Shown piece after piece: positions 9,671-19,987 of a stretch of DNA of 64,000 bases. Below the pieces are notes generated by a model. It saw only the letters and a program-made list of their open reading frames with translations. It had not been told where the DNA came from and made no database searches. The first letter of the stretch is position 1; each line of letters begins with the position of its first letter. Source of the stretch: an uncultured Actinomycetota bacterium (GTDB taxonomy: Bacteria; Actinomycetota; Actinomycetes; Streptosporangiales; Streptosporangiaceae). The stretch spans positions 4,053-68,052 of the forward strand of contig CAVQZV010000015.1 in NCBI GenBank assembly GCA_963718765.1, in the 5' to 3' direction. Made by a program: the position numbers and the translations under genes.

Positions 9671-11917
9671 GTGGGTACTGAGTCGCAACAGCCTATCACG
9701 CGGTCTGCTGACGGCGGTCCGGCCTATTCTGGCCCCATGGCCGTCCTCGCTGACCCATTGCGCCTCGTCGTCGGCGACAAAGCGGCGAAGCGGCTGGCCT
9801 CGCTGCTCGACCTACATACCGTCGGTGACCTGCTCGGTTACTACCCGCGGCGGTACGACCGGCGTGGCGAGCTGACCGATCTTGCCGGGCTGCGAGACGG
9901 CGAGCATGTGACCGTCCAGGCCGAGGTCTTGTCCGCGTCGACGCGGCCGATGCGCAACCGGTCAGGCTCTATTTTCGAAGCCGTCGTGACCGACGGCCAT
10001 GGCCGCCTGACGCTTACCTTTTTCGGCCGCGGCCGGCAGGACTGGCGGGCGGTAGAGCTGACCCCCGGCGTCCAGGCCTTGTTCTCTGGTCAGGTTTCGA
10101 GTTTCCGCGGCAAGCGCCAGCTCACCCATCCGGAATACGAGCTACTCGGCGCCGGCAGCGGCGCGGGACGGGCGGCAGAGTTCGCTGCCCAGCTTATCGC
10201 GGTCTACCCGGCCACCGGCCAGCTTCCATCCTGGAAGATCGCCGACTCGGTGCGGATCGCGCTCGACGTGCTGGACGTCCCGGACGACCCGCTGCCCGCG
10301 CTAGTCCGGCGGCGCCACGGCCTCGTCGGCTATGCGGACGCGCTGCGCGGCATTCACCGTCCGGTCGACGACGCCGACATTGCCCGGTCGCGGACGAGGC
10401 TGAAATGGGATGAAGCCTTCACCTTGCAGGTGCTGCTGGCCCAGCGGCGGCTCGCCGCCGCCAGCTACAGCGCGATACGGCGGCCGGCGGTGCCAGGCGG
10501 ACTGCTCGGCGCGTTCGATGCCCAGCTGCCGTTCGAGCTGACCATCGGCCAGCAGCTGGCCGGCGCGACCATCACCGACGACCTGGCCCGGGACCAGCCG
10601 ATGCACCGGCTGCTGCAGGGCGAGGTCGGCTCCGGTAAGACCGTCATCGCGCTCCGGGCCATGCTGCAGGTCGTCGACGCGGCCGGCCAGGCCGCACTGC
10701 TCGCTCCCACCGAGGTGCTGGCGCAGCAGCACTACCGGTCGATCGCCAGCATGCTGGGCCCGCTGGCGATGGCGGGTCAGCTCGGTGGCGCGGAGCACGC
10801 CACCCGGCTGACGCTCCTAACCGGATCGCTCAACGCGCCTGCCCGACGCAGAGCGCTGCTGGAGGCAGCGTCCGGCGAGGCCGGGATCGTCATCGGCACC
10901 CACGCCCTGCTGCAGGACCGGGTGCAGTTCGCCGACCTGGGCCTTGTGGTCATCGACGAACAGCACCGGTTCGGGGTGGAGCAGCGCGATTCGCTGCGGG
11001 ACAAGGCGGGAGACGGCCGTCCGCACATGCTGGTCATGACCGCGACGCCGATTCCGCGGACGGTCGCCATGACGGTGTTCGGCGACCTCGACGTCTCGAC
11101 GCTGACCGAGTTGCCCCTCGGCCGGTCACCCATCAGCACGCACGTCGTGCCGGTCGCCGAGCGCCCGCACTACCTCGCCCGGACCTGGCAGCGAGTCACC
11201 GAGGAGGTAGCGGCCGGCCGGCAAGCGTACGTGGTCTGCCCGCGGATCGGCGATGAGGACGCCTCGGCCGCCGCCGACGACGACGAACTAGAGGCGGACA
11301 GCCGCCCGCCGGTCGCTGTGCTCGACCTGGCCGCCGAGCTTGCGGCTGGGCCGCTAGCGGGTGTGCGCCTCGGCATCCTGCACGGCCGGCTGCCCGCCGA
11401 GGAGAAGGAAAAGGTGATGCTGGCGTTCGCCGACGGCCTGGTGGATGTGCTCGTCACCACCACCGTTGTCGAGGTTGGCGTCGATGTGCCCAACGCCGTC
11501 GTCATGGTGATCATGGACGCTGACCGGTTCGGCGTGTCCCAGCTCCACCAGCTGCGCGGCCGGGTGGGCCGTGGCCGCGATCCTGGACTATGCCTGCTGG
11601 TGACCGAGGTTCCCGAGGCCGGGCCAGCGCGAGCTCGGCTGGACGCGGTCGCCAGCACGACGGACGGTTTCGCGCTGTCCCGGATCGACCTGGAGCAGCG
11701 GCGGGAGGGCGACGTGCTCGGCACGGCCCAGGCCGGCCGCAAGTCGAGCTTGAGGCTGCTGCAGTTGCTGCGCGACGAGGATCTGATCGGGCACGCGCGA
11801 GACGACGCGACCCAGGTTGTCGACGGCGACCCGGCGCTGGCCGGCCAGCCGGGCCTGGCAGCGGCCGTGCGGGCCCTTGTCGAGGCTGAGCAGACCTCGT
11901 TCCTGGAAAAGGCGTGA
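9671..11917 (+). CDS. recG: ATP-dependent DNA helicase RecG
   Basis: 748-aa ORF with Walker A GEVGSGKT, DEQHRFG box, wedge domain. The true start may be ATG 9737 (MAVLADPL...). Confidence 0.92.
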   Translation: MGTESQQPITRSADGGPAYSGPMAVLADPLRLVVGDKAAKRLASLLDLHTVGDLLGYYPRRYDRRGELTDLAGLRDGEHVTVQAEVLSASTRPMRNRSGSIFEAVVTDGHGRLTLTFFGRGRQDWRAVELTPGVQALFSGQVSSFRGKRQLTHPEYELLGAGSGAGRAAEFAAQLIAVYPATGQLPSWKIADSVRIALDVLDVPDDPLPALVRRRHGLVGYADALRGIHRPVDDADIARSRTRLKWDEAFTLQVLLAQRRLAAASYSAIRRPAVPGGLLGAFDAQLPFELTIGQQLAGATITDDLARDQPMHRLLQGEVGSGKTVIALRAMLQVVDAAGQAALLAPTEVLAQQHYRSIASMLGPLAMAGQLGGAEHATRLTLLTGSLNAPARRRALLEAASGEAGIVIGTHALLQDRVQFADLGLVVIDEQHRFGVEQRDSLRDKAGDGRPHMLVMTATPIPRTVAMTVFGDLDVSTLTELPLGRSPISTHVVPVAERPHYLARTWQRVTEEVAAGRQAYVVCPRIGDEDASAAADDDELEADSRPPVAVLDLAAELAAGPLAGVRLGILHGRLPAEEKEKVMLAFADGLVDVLVTTTVVEVGVDVPNAVVMVIMDADRFGVSQLHQLRGRVGRGRDPGLCLLVTEVPEAGPARARLDAVASTTDGFALSRIDLEQRREGDVLGTAQAGRKSSLRLLQLLRDEDLIGHARDDATQVVDGDPALAGQPGLAAAVRALVEAEQTSFLEKA

Positions 11918-12516
11918 GCCCGCGGATCATCAGCGGTGCAGCCGGCGGACGCCGGCTGGCGGTGGTACCCGGCCGGATGACCCGGCCTACAAGCGACCGG
12001 GCACGGGAGGGGCTGTTCGCCACCGTCGAGGCGATCCGCGGCAGCCTGGCGGGCGCGAGAGTGCTGGACTTGTACGCGGGCTCGGGAGCCGTCGGGCTCG
12101 AGGCGCTGTCCCGGGGCGCGGCGGACGTCCTGCTGGTCGAGGCCGACGCCAGGGCCGCGCGCGTGATCAGGGAGAACGCCGCTGCGCTCGGGCTGGCTGG
12201 CGCACATGTGGTGAACGACCGGGCGGCCCGGCTCCTGGCCCGCGGGCGGGGTGAGCTCGCGCCACGGGATTTCGTTTTCGCCGATCCGCCGTACCGGGTG
12301 AGTGACGACGAGCTGACCCGGGTCTTGACCGCCCTCGCCGGGGCCTGGCTGGCGCCGGGCGCCGTAGTCGCGCTCGAGCGGGCCACCCGCTCAGGGCCGC
12401 CAACCTGGCCAGCTGGGTACGAACCAGACAGGTCCCGCAGATACGGCGAGGCGACCCTCTGGTACGGTCTGGCCGCAAGCGGCAAGCTGATGGGAAGTTC
12501 TCCGACGGGAGCGTGA
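11914..12516 (+). CDS. rsmD: 16S rRNA (guanine966-N2)-methyltransferase
   Basis: 200-aa [15 protein letters not shown]...[12 protein letters not shown]...DPPY motif; overlaps the recG stop. Confidence 0.88.
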   Translation: MSPRIISGAAGGRRLAVVPGRMTRPTSDRAREGLFATVEAIRGSLAGARVLDLYAGSGAVGLEALSRGAADVLLVEADARAARVIRENAAALGLAGAHVVNDRAARLLARGRGELAPRDFVFADPPYRVSDDELTRVLTALAGAWLAPGAVVALERATRSGPPTWPAGYEPDRSRRYGEATLWYGLAASGKLMGSSPTGA

Positions 12517-13001
12517 GGCGCGTGCGCCGTGCGGTCTGCCCTGGATCCTTCGATCCTGTGACGAACGGGCACCTCGACATCATCACTCGCGCCGCAAGCC
12601 TCTACGACGAAGTCGTGGTCGCGGTGGCCAGGAACCCCAGCAAGACCTCCCTGTTCACTGCCGCTGAGCGGGTCGAGCTCATCCGGGAGGTCACCAAGGA
12701 ACTCGGCAACGTGCGGGTTGACAGCTTCGAGGGCCTGACCGTCGACTTTTGCAAGGCCAACGGGATCTCGGCGATCGTCAAGGGGCTGCGCGCTGTCAGC
12801 GATTTCGACTACGAGATGCAGATGGCCCAGATGAACTACAGCCAGGCCGGCGTCGAGACGCTGTTCATGACCACTAACCCGCTGTACGCGTTCTTGTCCT
12901 CGAGCCTGGTCAAGGATTTCGCCAAGTACGGCGGCGACGTGAGCGGCCTGGTGCCGCCCAGCGTGCTGAGCCACCTGATCACGCGGCTAAGCCAGCAGTA
13001 G
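12513..13001 (+). CDS. coaD: pantetheine-phosphate adenylyltransferase
   Basis: [18 protein letters not shown] signature; 162-aa ORF. Start could be GTG 12522. Confidence 0.93.
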   Translation: MRRVRRAVCPGSFDPVTNGHLDIITRAASLYDEVVVAVARNPSKTSLFTAAERVELIREVTKELGNVRVDSFEGLTVDFCKANGISAIVKGLRAVSDFDYEMQMAQMNYSQAGVETLFMTTNPLYAFLSSSLVKDFAKYGGDVSGLVPPSVLSHLITRLSQQ

Positions 13002-13089
13002 CCTTCGCCGTTTGGGATTGCTGCTGGCCAGCCGGTAGGCTTAGCGGACACTGTGCCACTACCACCAATCTGCCTGCAGCCACACTTCC

Positions 13090-13653
13090 ATGCCGCCTAC
13101 CTCGCCCGCACCTAGCCATAGGGATGCCCGGGGCCCGCTGGTCTTCGACACGAGGGATCTCGGCCCTGGGTCCGCACGTACGCTCACGCGTACCGTTCCG
13201 GCCCCAGAGCACCTGGGCGTCGAGCTGGCGCGGGTGCCCGCCGGCGCGGAGCTCGGGCTGGACCTGCAGCTTGAAGGCGTGGCCGAGGGCGTGCTGGTGA
13301 CGGCGACCGTGACCAGCCCGCTGGTGGGCGAGTGCGCACGGTGCCTGGAGCCGTTTACCTCGGCGATCAAGGTGCGGTTCCAGGAGCTGTACGTTGGCGG
13401 CGGCGGGGTCGAGGACCCCGACGGCGCGGATAGCTACCGGCTCGAGGCCAGCGGTCTGCTGGACCTGGAACCGGCGCTGCGTGACGCGGTCGTGCTCGAG
13501 TTGCCGCTCTCGCCCCGCTGCGAGGACGGCTGTCAGGGGCTGTGCGTGGAGTGCGGTGTTCGGCTGGCCGACGCCGAGCCAGGCCACAGCCACGAGCGGC
13601 GCGGCGCGATGTGGGCGGCGCTGAAGGACTTCAGCAGTAATAAGGAGCAATGA
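13090..13653 (+). CDS. YceD/DUF177 family protein
   Basis: 187-aa acidic ORF with CxxC...CxxC ([16 protein letters not shown]), directly upstream of rpmF as usual. Confidence 0.85.
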   Translation: MPPTSPAPSHRDARGPLVFDTRDLGPGSARTLTRTVPAPEHLGVELARVPAGAELGLDLQLEGVAEGVLVTATVTSPLVGECARCLEPFTSAIKVRFQELYVGGGGVEDPDGADSYRLEASGLLDLEPALRDAVVLELPLSPRCEDGCQGLCVECGVRLADAEPGHSHERRGAMWAALKDFSSNKEQ

Positions 13654-13654
13654 G

Positions 13655-13831
13655 GTGGCAGTACCGAAGCGGAAGATGTCGCGGAGCAATACCAGGTCCC
13701 GCCGGGCCCAGTGGAAGGCGACTGCGCCTCAGCTCGTGGCCTGCCCCAACTGCCGGGAGCCCAAGCTGCCCCACACGGCGTGTCCGACCTGCGGTGTCTA
13801 TAACAGGCGCCAGGTCATCGCGCCGTCCTGA
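13655..13831 (+). CDS. rpmF: 50S ribosomal protein L32
   Basis: Below the ORF-track size cut-off. Manual translation from GTG 13655: [58 protein letters not shown], stop 13829-13831. Confidence 0.92.
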   Translation: MAVPKRKMSRSNTRSRRAQWKATAPQLVACPNCREPKLPHTACPTCGVYNRRQVIAPS

Positions 13832-13875
13832 CGTGCCGTTAGACGCGAGCCCATGGCACGGCTGGAGGTCTGCGG

Positions 13876-14586
13876 GTGAGTGACGCTGCCGGGACCGACG
13901 GCCTGCTGCAGGCGCTGCAGGTTACGGTCAAGCCGGAACTGCTAGACCGGGCGCTCATGCATCGCTCGTATGCGTACGAGAACGGCGGGCTGCCCACGAA
14001 CGAGCGGCTGGAGTTTCTGGGCGACTCGGTGCTCGGGCTGATCGTGACGGACACGCTGTTCCGCTCCTATCCTGACCTGCCGGAAGGCCAGCTGGCGAAG
14101 CTGCGCGCCGCGGTGGTCAACATGCGCGCGCTCGCAGGCGTCGCGCGCGGCCTGGGCCTCGGTGCTTACGTGTGGCTGGGCAAGGGCGAGGAGGGAACAG
14201 GGGGCCGGGACAAGTCGTCGATCCTGGCCGACACGCTGGAAGCGGTTATCGGAGCGGTCTACCTGGACAAGGGTCTCGCGCTGGCGGACGAGCTCGTGCA
14301 CCGGCTATTCGACCCGCTGATCGCGCGCGCGGCCCGCCTCGGAGCAGGGCTGGACTGGAAGACCTCGCTTCAAGAACTGACCGCTGAACTGAACCTGGGC
14401 GTGCCCGAGTATCACGTCGAGGAGAGCGGCCCGGATCACCAGAAGTTCTTCCGCGCGTTCGTGCGGATCGGCTCACAGACCCACGGTCAGGGCGAGGGCC
14501 GGTCGAAGAAGGAAGCCGAGCAGCAGGCAGCGGAGGCGGCATGGACCGCCATCACCTCGGGACAGGCGGGTGCCGGAGCTTCCTGA
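13876..14586 (+). CDS. rnc: ribonuclease III
   Basis: [14 protein letters not shown] signature plus C-terminal dsRBD ([18 protein letters not shown]). Confidence 0.94.
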   Translation: MSDAAGTDGLLQALQVTVKPELLDRALMHRSYAYENGGLPTNERLEFLGDSVLGLIVTDTLFRSYPDLPEGQLAKLRAAVVNMRALAGVARGLGLGAYVWLGKGEEGTGGRDKSSILADTLEAVIGAVYLDKGLALADELVHRLFDPLIARAARLGAGLDWKTSLQELTAELNLGVPEYHVEESGPDHQKFFRAFVRIGSQTHGQGEGRSKKEAEQQAAEAAWTAITSGQAGAGAS

Positions 14587-15421
14587 GGTCGAGGTCATCC
14601 GGCGTGGCCTCGAGCAATTCGTCGTCGGGCGGCGCATCGCCGAGGTAGCGGTCCTGCATCCGCGCGCGGTGCGGCGGCACGCAGGCGGGCCGGCTGACTT
14701 CGCGGCCAGGCTGGCCGGCCGCGTCATCGACGACGCGCGCCGCCGCGGCAAGTACCTGTGGCTCCCCATTGGCGACGACGCGCTGCTAGCCCACCTGGGC
14801 ATGAGCGGGCAGCTTCTCGTCGGCCCCGCGGACGCGCCGCTGTCGCCGCACGTGCGGACGCGGTTCACTTTTTCCGACGGCGGCACTGACCTGAGGTTCA
14901 CTGACCAGCGCACCTTCGGGCACCTGCTGCTGTCGGCCGACGGCGCGCAGCTGCCGTCCCAGATCGCGCATATCGCGCCTGACCCGCTCGAGGACGCGTT
15001 CGATCTCGATGCGCTTGCAGTCCGCCTGCACGCCCGGCGGACGGGTATCAAACGAGCATTGCTCGACCAGTCGCTGGTCAGCGGTATTGGCAATATCTAC
15101 GCCGACGAGGCGCTCTGGCGGGTCAAGCTGCACTACGCGCGGGCCACGGACCGACTGCCCAGGCGGCAGGTGGCGGTTCTGATGTCGGCCGTTTCCGACG
15201 TCTTCGCCGAGGCCTTCAGGGACGGCGGCACCAGCTTCGACAGCCTGTACGTGAACGTCAACGGGGAGAGCGGGTACTTTGACCGCTCGCTCGCCGTCTA
15301 CGGCCGAGAAGGCGAGCCATGCCCGCGCTGTGGCACGCCGATCCGGCGAGATCCATTCATGAACCGGTCCTCCTACACGTGCCCGCACTGCCAGCCACGG
15401 CCGCGAAACGGTCGGTGGTGA
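14570..15421 (+). CDS. mutM: formamidopyrimidine-DNA glycosylase
   Basis: [10 protein letters not shown]-terminus, C-terminal zinc finger CPRCGTPI...CPHCQ. Confidence 0.94.
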   Translation: MPELPEVEVIRRGLEQFVVGRRIAEVAVLHPRAVRRHAGGPADFAARLAGRVIDDARRRGKYLWLPIGDDALLAHLGMSGQLLVGPADAPLSPHVRTRFTFSDGGTDLRFTDQRTFGHLLLSADGAQLPSQIAHIAPDPLEDAFDLDALAVRLHARRTGIKRALLDQSLVSGIGNIYADEALWRVKLHYARATDRLPRRQVAVLMSAVSDVFAEAFRDGGTSFDSLYVNVNGESGYFDRSLAVYGREGEPCPRCGTPIRRDPFMNRSSYTCPHCQPRPRNGRW

Positions 15422-15423
15422 GA

Positions 15424-15852
15424 GTGGGAGACGCTGCGGGGGGTTCCGGGCCATCGGGGCCTGGGCCACGGGGTCCGGGCCACGGGCTCCGGGGTGTCCC
15501 CGGGACAGCAGGGCCCTGGGAGAGCGGGGCCCCGGGGGAGCACGGGTCCACCCGGGATGCATCGGGTCGGCGGCTGACCGCATGGGTGGAGGGCCGCGTG
15601 CAGGGAGTCGGATTCCGCTGGTGGGTGCGGGCGAACGCGCTGGAGCTGAGGCTGGCGGGCTACGCCGAGAACCTCCCAGATGGCCGGGTCAAGGTCGTCG
15701 CGGAGGGCAACGGACGCGGCTGTGAGGAACTGCTCCGGCGACTCGAGAACGACGACGCCGCTAGCTGGCGACGGCGACCTGGCAAGGTCAGGCGGGTGAC
15801 CCACCGGTGGGCGCAGGCCGAAGGTGGCATATCCGGATTCCGGGAGCGATGA
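15424..15852 (+). CDS. acyP: acylphosphatase with a G/P-rich N-terminal extension (start uncertain)
   Basis: Core RLTAWVEGRVQGVGFRWWVRANALELRLAGYAENLPDGRVKVVAEG. The only canonical in-frame starts upstream of the core are the GTGs at 15415/15418/15424. A CTG at the core N-terminus is the alternative. Confidence 0.8.
   Translation: MGDAAGGSGPSGPGPRGPGHGLRGVPGTAGPWESGAPGEHGSTRDASGRRLTAWVEGRVQGVGFRWWVRANALELRLAGYAENLPDGRVKVVAEGNGRGCEELLRRLENDDAASWRRRPGKVRRVTHRWAQAEGGISGFRER
15438..15556 (+). repeat. array of G3-6 tracts with ~7-nt spacing (14-nt unit TCCGGGCCACGGGG x3), G-quadruplex-type motif
   Basis: Read directly: at least 14 runs of 3 or more G on the + strand, seven of them (15448-15494) spaced 7-8 nt apart. 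Confidence 0.7.
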
Positions 15853-16081
15853 GGCTTTGGGTCGGCCATTGTTTCCTCCGCTACACGGCTCTGACCTGCG
15901 GGATCGCCAAACTTGACCGAATAGCCTTGACGGTGGGACCATGAAAGTGTTAACCAGCGCGCAGCTCCTCCATGGATGAGCACTGCCGGAAGATCCTCTT
16001 CGCAGAGCAGCGTCTGGCCTGCTATTCCGGGCGCCTGCGTGCTTGCCCACCCTGGTCACTCAGTGTGGAGGACCTTACACA

Positions 16082-16270
16082 ATGGCAAAGGCTCTACTCG
16101 GCCACGTCGGCGGGCCGGATCCCCGCATGGTCGCAGAGATGCGCCGTCTGCAGCAGCGAGTACGAGACCTGGAGGCCGAGCTTGCCCGGCTCCAGGATGA
16201 GAACGATGTGCTAGTTGCCTCGGCCGGTCACGACCTGCTAGTTCCGGTTCGCGAGCCTGCGCTCACCTAA
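16082..16270 (+). CDS. small conserved coiled-coil protein (62 aa)
   Basis: MAKALLGHVGGPDPRMVAEMRRLQQRVRDLEAELARLQDEND... Internal ATG of ORF 16043..16270, followed by a good intrinsic terminator. Confidence 0.65.
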   Translation: MAKALLGHVGGPDPRMVAEMRRLQQRVRDLEAELARLQDENDVLVASAGHDLLVPVREPALT

Positions 16271-16304
16271 TTGGCGAGCGCTCCGGCCACGAAAACCGAA
16301 CGGT

Positions 16305-16338
16305 GAGGGACGCGGAATGCGTCCCTCTTCGGTTTTCT
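16305..16338 (+). terminator. intrinsic terminator after the small coiled-coil gene
   Basis: 9-bp stem GAGGGACGC / GCGTCCCTC, loop GGAAT, then TTCGGTTTTCT. Confidence 0.6.
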
Positions 16339-19300
16339 CGGCTAAGGTGAACGACGGGCGTCCGGGGAGGAGTCTGCAGCTGTACCTGAAGACCCTGACC
16401 CTGCGCGGGTTCAAATCCTTCGCCTCCGCCACCACATTGCGGTTCGAGCCGGGCATTACGTGCATTGTCGGGCCGAATGGCTCCGGCAAGTCCAATGTTG
16501 TTGACGCGTTTGCCTGGGTCATGGGCGAGCAAGGCGTCAAGCCGCTGCGCGGCGGCAAGATGGACGACGTCGTGTTCGCCGGGACGGCAGGCCGGCCGGC
16601 ACTGGGCCGGGCCGAGGTGACGCTGACGATCGACAACAGCGACGGCGCGCTTGCGATCGACTATTCCGAGGTCACGATCAGCCGCCTGCTGTTCCGGTCC
16701 GGGCAAAGCGAGTACGCCATCAATGGCGACCAGTGCCGGCTGCTCGATGTCGCCGAACTGCTGTCCGATTCCGGGCTCGGCCGGGAGATGCACGTCCTCG
16801 TCGGGCAGGGACAGCTGGACGAGGTGCTGAACGCCGGCCCCGAGGCGCGACGCGCTCTCATCGAGGAAGCGGCGGGCGTGCTGAAGCACCGGCGGCGCAA
16901 GGAGAAGGCGGTCCGCAAGCTCGACGCCATGCAGGCGAACCTGACCAGGCTCGTCGACCTCACCGCTGAGCTAGGGCGGCGGCTCAAGCCCCTGGGCAAG
17001 CAAGCGGAGATCGCCAGGATGGCCTCGGCGATCCAGGCGGACCTGCGGGATGCTCGACTGCGGCTGCTGGCCGACGATTACGTGACGCGTGCCGCCGAGC
17101 TGCAGCAGGATCAGGCGGACGAGACCGCAGCGGCGCAGCTGCGGGCGAGCCTGGAAGCCGCGGTCGCGGCGGCACGGGCTGACGAGGCAGGGCTTGAGGC
17201 GGCGGAGCAGGAGGATGCGCCGCGGCTTGCCGCAGCGCAAGACACGTTCGTCGCGCTGGCCGGTCTGGCCGAGCGGATCCGCGGCCTGCTCGGCCTCTCG
17301 GCGGAGCGGCAGCGGTACCTGTCGGAACCCGAGTTGCAGCGGACCGGTCGTGACCCGGACGAGCTGGACCTCGAGGCCACGCAGCTCCGGGGCCAGGAGC
17401 GCGAGCTGAGCGAGCGGCTGTCGGCAGCTCGGGAGCAGCTGACGGCGACAGTCGCCAGCCGGGAGGCAGCCGAGGCTGCGCAGGCCGAGAACGAGCGTCA
17501 GCTGGCGGCTGCTGCCAGGGCCGCTGCCCAGCGCGGGGACCGGCTGGCCCGGCTCCGCGGCCAGGTTGAGGCCGCGCTGAGCCGGGAGGGTGCGGCGGCG
17601 GAGGAAGCAGCCCGGCTCTCTACGGCGGCCGACCAAGCCCGGGTCAGAGCGGAGCAGGCGCAGGCGGAGCACACCGCGCTGCAGGACCGGGTCGCGCAGG
17701 AAACGGGCCGGGATGACCTGGCGGCGGGCCATGAGCAGGCATCCGCCGAGCTGGCGGCCGCCGCTGCCCGGGTTGCGGAGCGGCGGCGAGAGGAGCATGC
17801 AGCCAGCGAGCACCGGGCCGCGTACGCTGCCCGAGAGCAGGCGCTGGCGGAGGCGGTGACAAGCGGCGCCGACGCGTCCGATGTGCTACTGGCCGAGTCA
17901 GGTGAGTTCGACGGCGTACTCGGGCCGCTCGCTGGACTGCTGACCGTGAGCGACGGCGCGCAGGAGGCGATCGCTGCCGCGCTCGGTGCGGCCGCCGGGT
18001 CCGTGGCGGTAGCCAGCGTGGATGCTGCCGTCGAGATCCTCACCATGCTCCGCAGCAAGGAGGCCGGGCGCGCAGGGCTGGTCATCGCGGCAGACGGGGC
18101 CGGATCCGCGGAGGGTCGTCACCCCAGGCTGGCACCGCCGGAGAGTCTCGCGCGATCGGCGGCCGCGACCGGTGCCGAACCCGTTACTCCAGCAGTTGAT
18201 CTTGTCAGCGGTCCGCCGGAACTCGCCGGCGCGCTCGCCGAGCTTCTCGGCGACGTGGTCGTCGTGCCGGACCTTGTGGTCGGGGTTCGGGTGCTGCAGA
18301 CGCAGCCGCGGCTCCGGGTGGTCACCGCCGAAGGCGACGTGCTCGGTACGCACTGGGCTCGCGGCGGCTCGGCTGGCGGCCAGAGCCTGCTCAGTCTGCG
18401 GGCCGCCGCAAACCAGGCGGCGACGCAGCTTGGTGAAGCCGAGGCTCGCTGCGAGGCTGCGGAGCAGAAGCTGTCCGCTGCTCTCGAGGACGAGGAGCGG
18501 GCCAGGCAGGCGGTCGCCACGGCCGCTGCCGCGCTGCAGCAGGCCGACGCGGAGGCCGCGAAGACATCGGGGACGCTCGGCTCGCTGGGCGGCCGGGCCA
18601 GGGCGGCCAGGGATGAGGTCGCGCGGCTGACGGAGGCCATCGCGGCAGCGGACTCCTCGCGGCAGCAGAGCCTGTCGCAGCTCGAAGACGCGCGGGCGCG
18701 GCTGACAGAGCTGGAAGCCGAGGAGCCCGAGGACCGGGGTCCCGACGAAGCGGCCGAGGCGAGCTCGCCTGGACAGCAGCTGGCCGACGCCGCGGCCATC
18801 GCCCGCAACGCGGAGACGGAAGCGCGGCTGGAGGTCCGCACGGCCGAGGAACGGCTGCGCGCCATCTCTGGCCGTGCCGACGCCCTGGCGGCGACGGCTA
18901 CCGCTGAACGGCAGGCCGCCGCCCAGGCGGTCGAGAGGGCAAAGCGGCGGGCGGCCGGAGCTCTCATCGCGGGCGCTGTCAAGGCTGGCGCCACGATCGC
19001 CCTGGTCAGGATCGTGGAGTCGGTGGCGGCCGCTGACGCGGAGCGGCAGGACGCCGACGCGGCGCGCGGTCGGCGAGACGGCGAGCTGAAGACGGTGCGA
19101 GCGCGGATCAGGGAAGCCTCCGACGAGCTCGAGCGGGTGATGGACAGCGCACACGGCGCTCAGGTAGCCCGCACGACTCGGCAGCTGCAACTGGATCAGA
19201 TCGCCGAGCGGGCGCTCGAGGAGTTCGCGGTCGAGGCTGACGTCCTCACCACGGAATACGGGCCGGACGAGGCGTTCGACCGGGTGGCGATAGAGCGGCG

Positions 19301-19940
19301 TGGCCAGCAGGCGCAGCGACAGCTCGACCGGCTCGGCAAGGTCAATCCGCTGGCGCTCGAGGAGTTCGCCGCTCTGGAAGAACGGCACGCTTTCCTGGTG
19401 TCTCAGCTGGAGGACCTGAAGAAGACCCGGCGCGACCTGCTCACCGTCATCCGAGAGGTGGACGAGCGGGTCCAGGAGGTGTTCAGTCGCGCGTACGCCG
19501 ACACCGCACGGGAGTTCGCGGCGATCATCGAGAGGCTGTTCCCCGGCGGGGAGGGCCGCCTCGTGCTCACCGACCCCGAGGACATGCTGGCGACCGGCAT
19601 CGACGTCGAGGCCAGGCCGGCCGGCAAGAAGGTCAAGCGGCTTTCGCTGCTGTCGGGTGGCGAGCGGGCGCTGACGGCGATCGCGTTCCTGCTGGCGATC
19701 TTCCGGGCTCGTCCGTCGCCGTTCTATGTGCTCGACGAGGTTGAGGCGGCGCTCGACGACACCAATCTGCAGCGGCTGCTGGAAATCCTGGCCGAGCTGC
19801 GCGATCAATCTCAGCTCATCATCGTGACTCACCAGAAGCGGACCATGGAGGTCGCCGACACGCTGTACGGGGTCAGCATGCGGGGCGACGGAGTTTCCAC
19901 CGTGATCAGCCAGCGGCTGCGGGAGCGCGAAGCCGTCTAG
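16317..19940 (+). CDS. smc: chromosome partition protein SMC
   Basis: 1207-aa ORF; LYLKTLTLRGFKSFA...GPNGSGKSNVVDA head, long coiled coils, LSGGERALTAIAFLLA signature and DEVEAALD. ATG 16317 lies in the terminator loop. The likelier start is CTG 16380 (GGAGGAG 7 nt upstream) or GTG 16347. Confidence 0.93.
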   Translation: MRPSSVFSAKVNDGRPGRSLQLYLKTLTLRGFKSFASATTLRFEPGITCIVGPNGSGKSNVVDAFAWVMGEQGVKPLRGGKMDDVVFAGTAGRPALGRAEVTLTIDNSDGALAIDYSEVTISRLLFRSGQSEYAINGDQCRLLDVAELLSDSGLGREMHVLVGQGQLDEVLNAGPEARRALIEEAAGVLKHRRRKEKAVRKLDAMQANLTRLVDLTAELGRRLKPLGKQAEIARMASAIQADLRDARLRLLADDYVTRAAELQQDQADETAAAQLRASLEAAVAAARADEAGLEAAEQEDAPRLAAAQDTFVALAGLAERIRGLLGLSAERQRYLSEPELQRTGRDPDELDLEATQLRGQERELSERLSAAREQLTATVASREAAEAAQAENERQLAAAARAAAQRGDRLARLRGQVEAALSREGAAAEEAARLSTAADQARVRAEQAQAEHTALQDRVAQETGRDDLAAGHEQASAELAAAAARVAERRREEHAASEHRAAYAAREQALAEAVTSGADASDVLLAESGEFDGVLGPLAGLLTVSDGAQEAIAAALGAAAGSVAVASVDAAVEILTMLRSKEAGRAGLVIAADGAGSAEGRHPRLAPPESLARSAAATGAEPVTPAVDLVSGPPELAGALAELLGDVVVVPDLVVGVRVLQTQPRLRVVTAEGDVLGTHWARGGSAGGQSLLSLRAAANQAATQLGEAEARCEAAEQKLSAALEDEERARQAVATAAAALQQADAEAAKTSGTLGSLGGRARAARDEVARLTEAIAAADSSRQQSLSQLEDARARLTELEAEEPEDRGPDEAAEASSPGQQLADAAAIARNAETEARLEVRTAEERLRAISGRADALAATATAERQAAAQAVERAKRRAAGALIAGAVKAGATIALVRIVESVAAADAERQDADAARGRRDGELKTVRARIREASDELERVMDSAHGAQVARTTRQLQLDQIAERALEEFAVEADVLTTEYGPDEAFDRVAIERRGQQAQRQLDRLGKVNPLALEEFAALEERHAFLVSQLEDLKKTRRDLLTVIREVDERVQEVFSRAYADTAREFAAIIERLFPGGEGRLVLTDPEDMLATGIDVEARPAGKKVKRLSLLSGGERALTAIAFLLAIFRARPSPFYVLDEVEAALDDTNLQRLLEILAELRDQSQLIIVTHQKRTMEVADTLYGVSMRGDGVSTVISQRLREREAV

Positions 19941-19987
19941 TCGCCCCAGTCTGTTTAGCCGGCACCGTCTGTCAGACTGGTTCCGCC

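Noticed and set aside
15424-15560. Collagen-like (G-X-Y) reading of the G/P-rich acyP N-terminal extension.
   Set aside because: Gly is not maintained at every third position (GSGPSGPGPRGPGHGLRGVPG...). The periodicity is 7/14 nt at the DNA level, not 9 nt.
17898-19832. 644-aa ORF antisense to smc. Similar long antisense or alternative-frame ORFs: 19955..21187, 11511..12974, 8512..9426, 3924..5093, 16971..17813, 54648..55550.
   Set aside because: Typical shadow ORFs of a high-GC genome. They overlap confidently identified genes, have Arg/Pro/Gly-rich unnatural composition, and carry no recognisable motifs.
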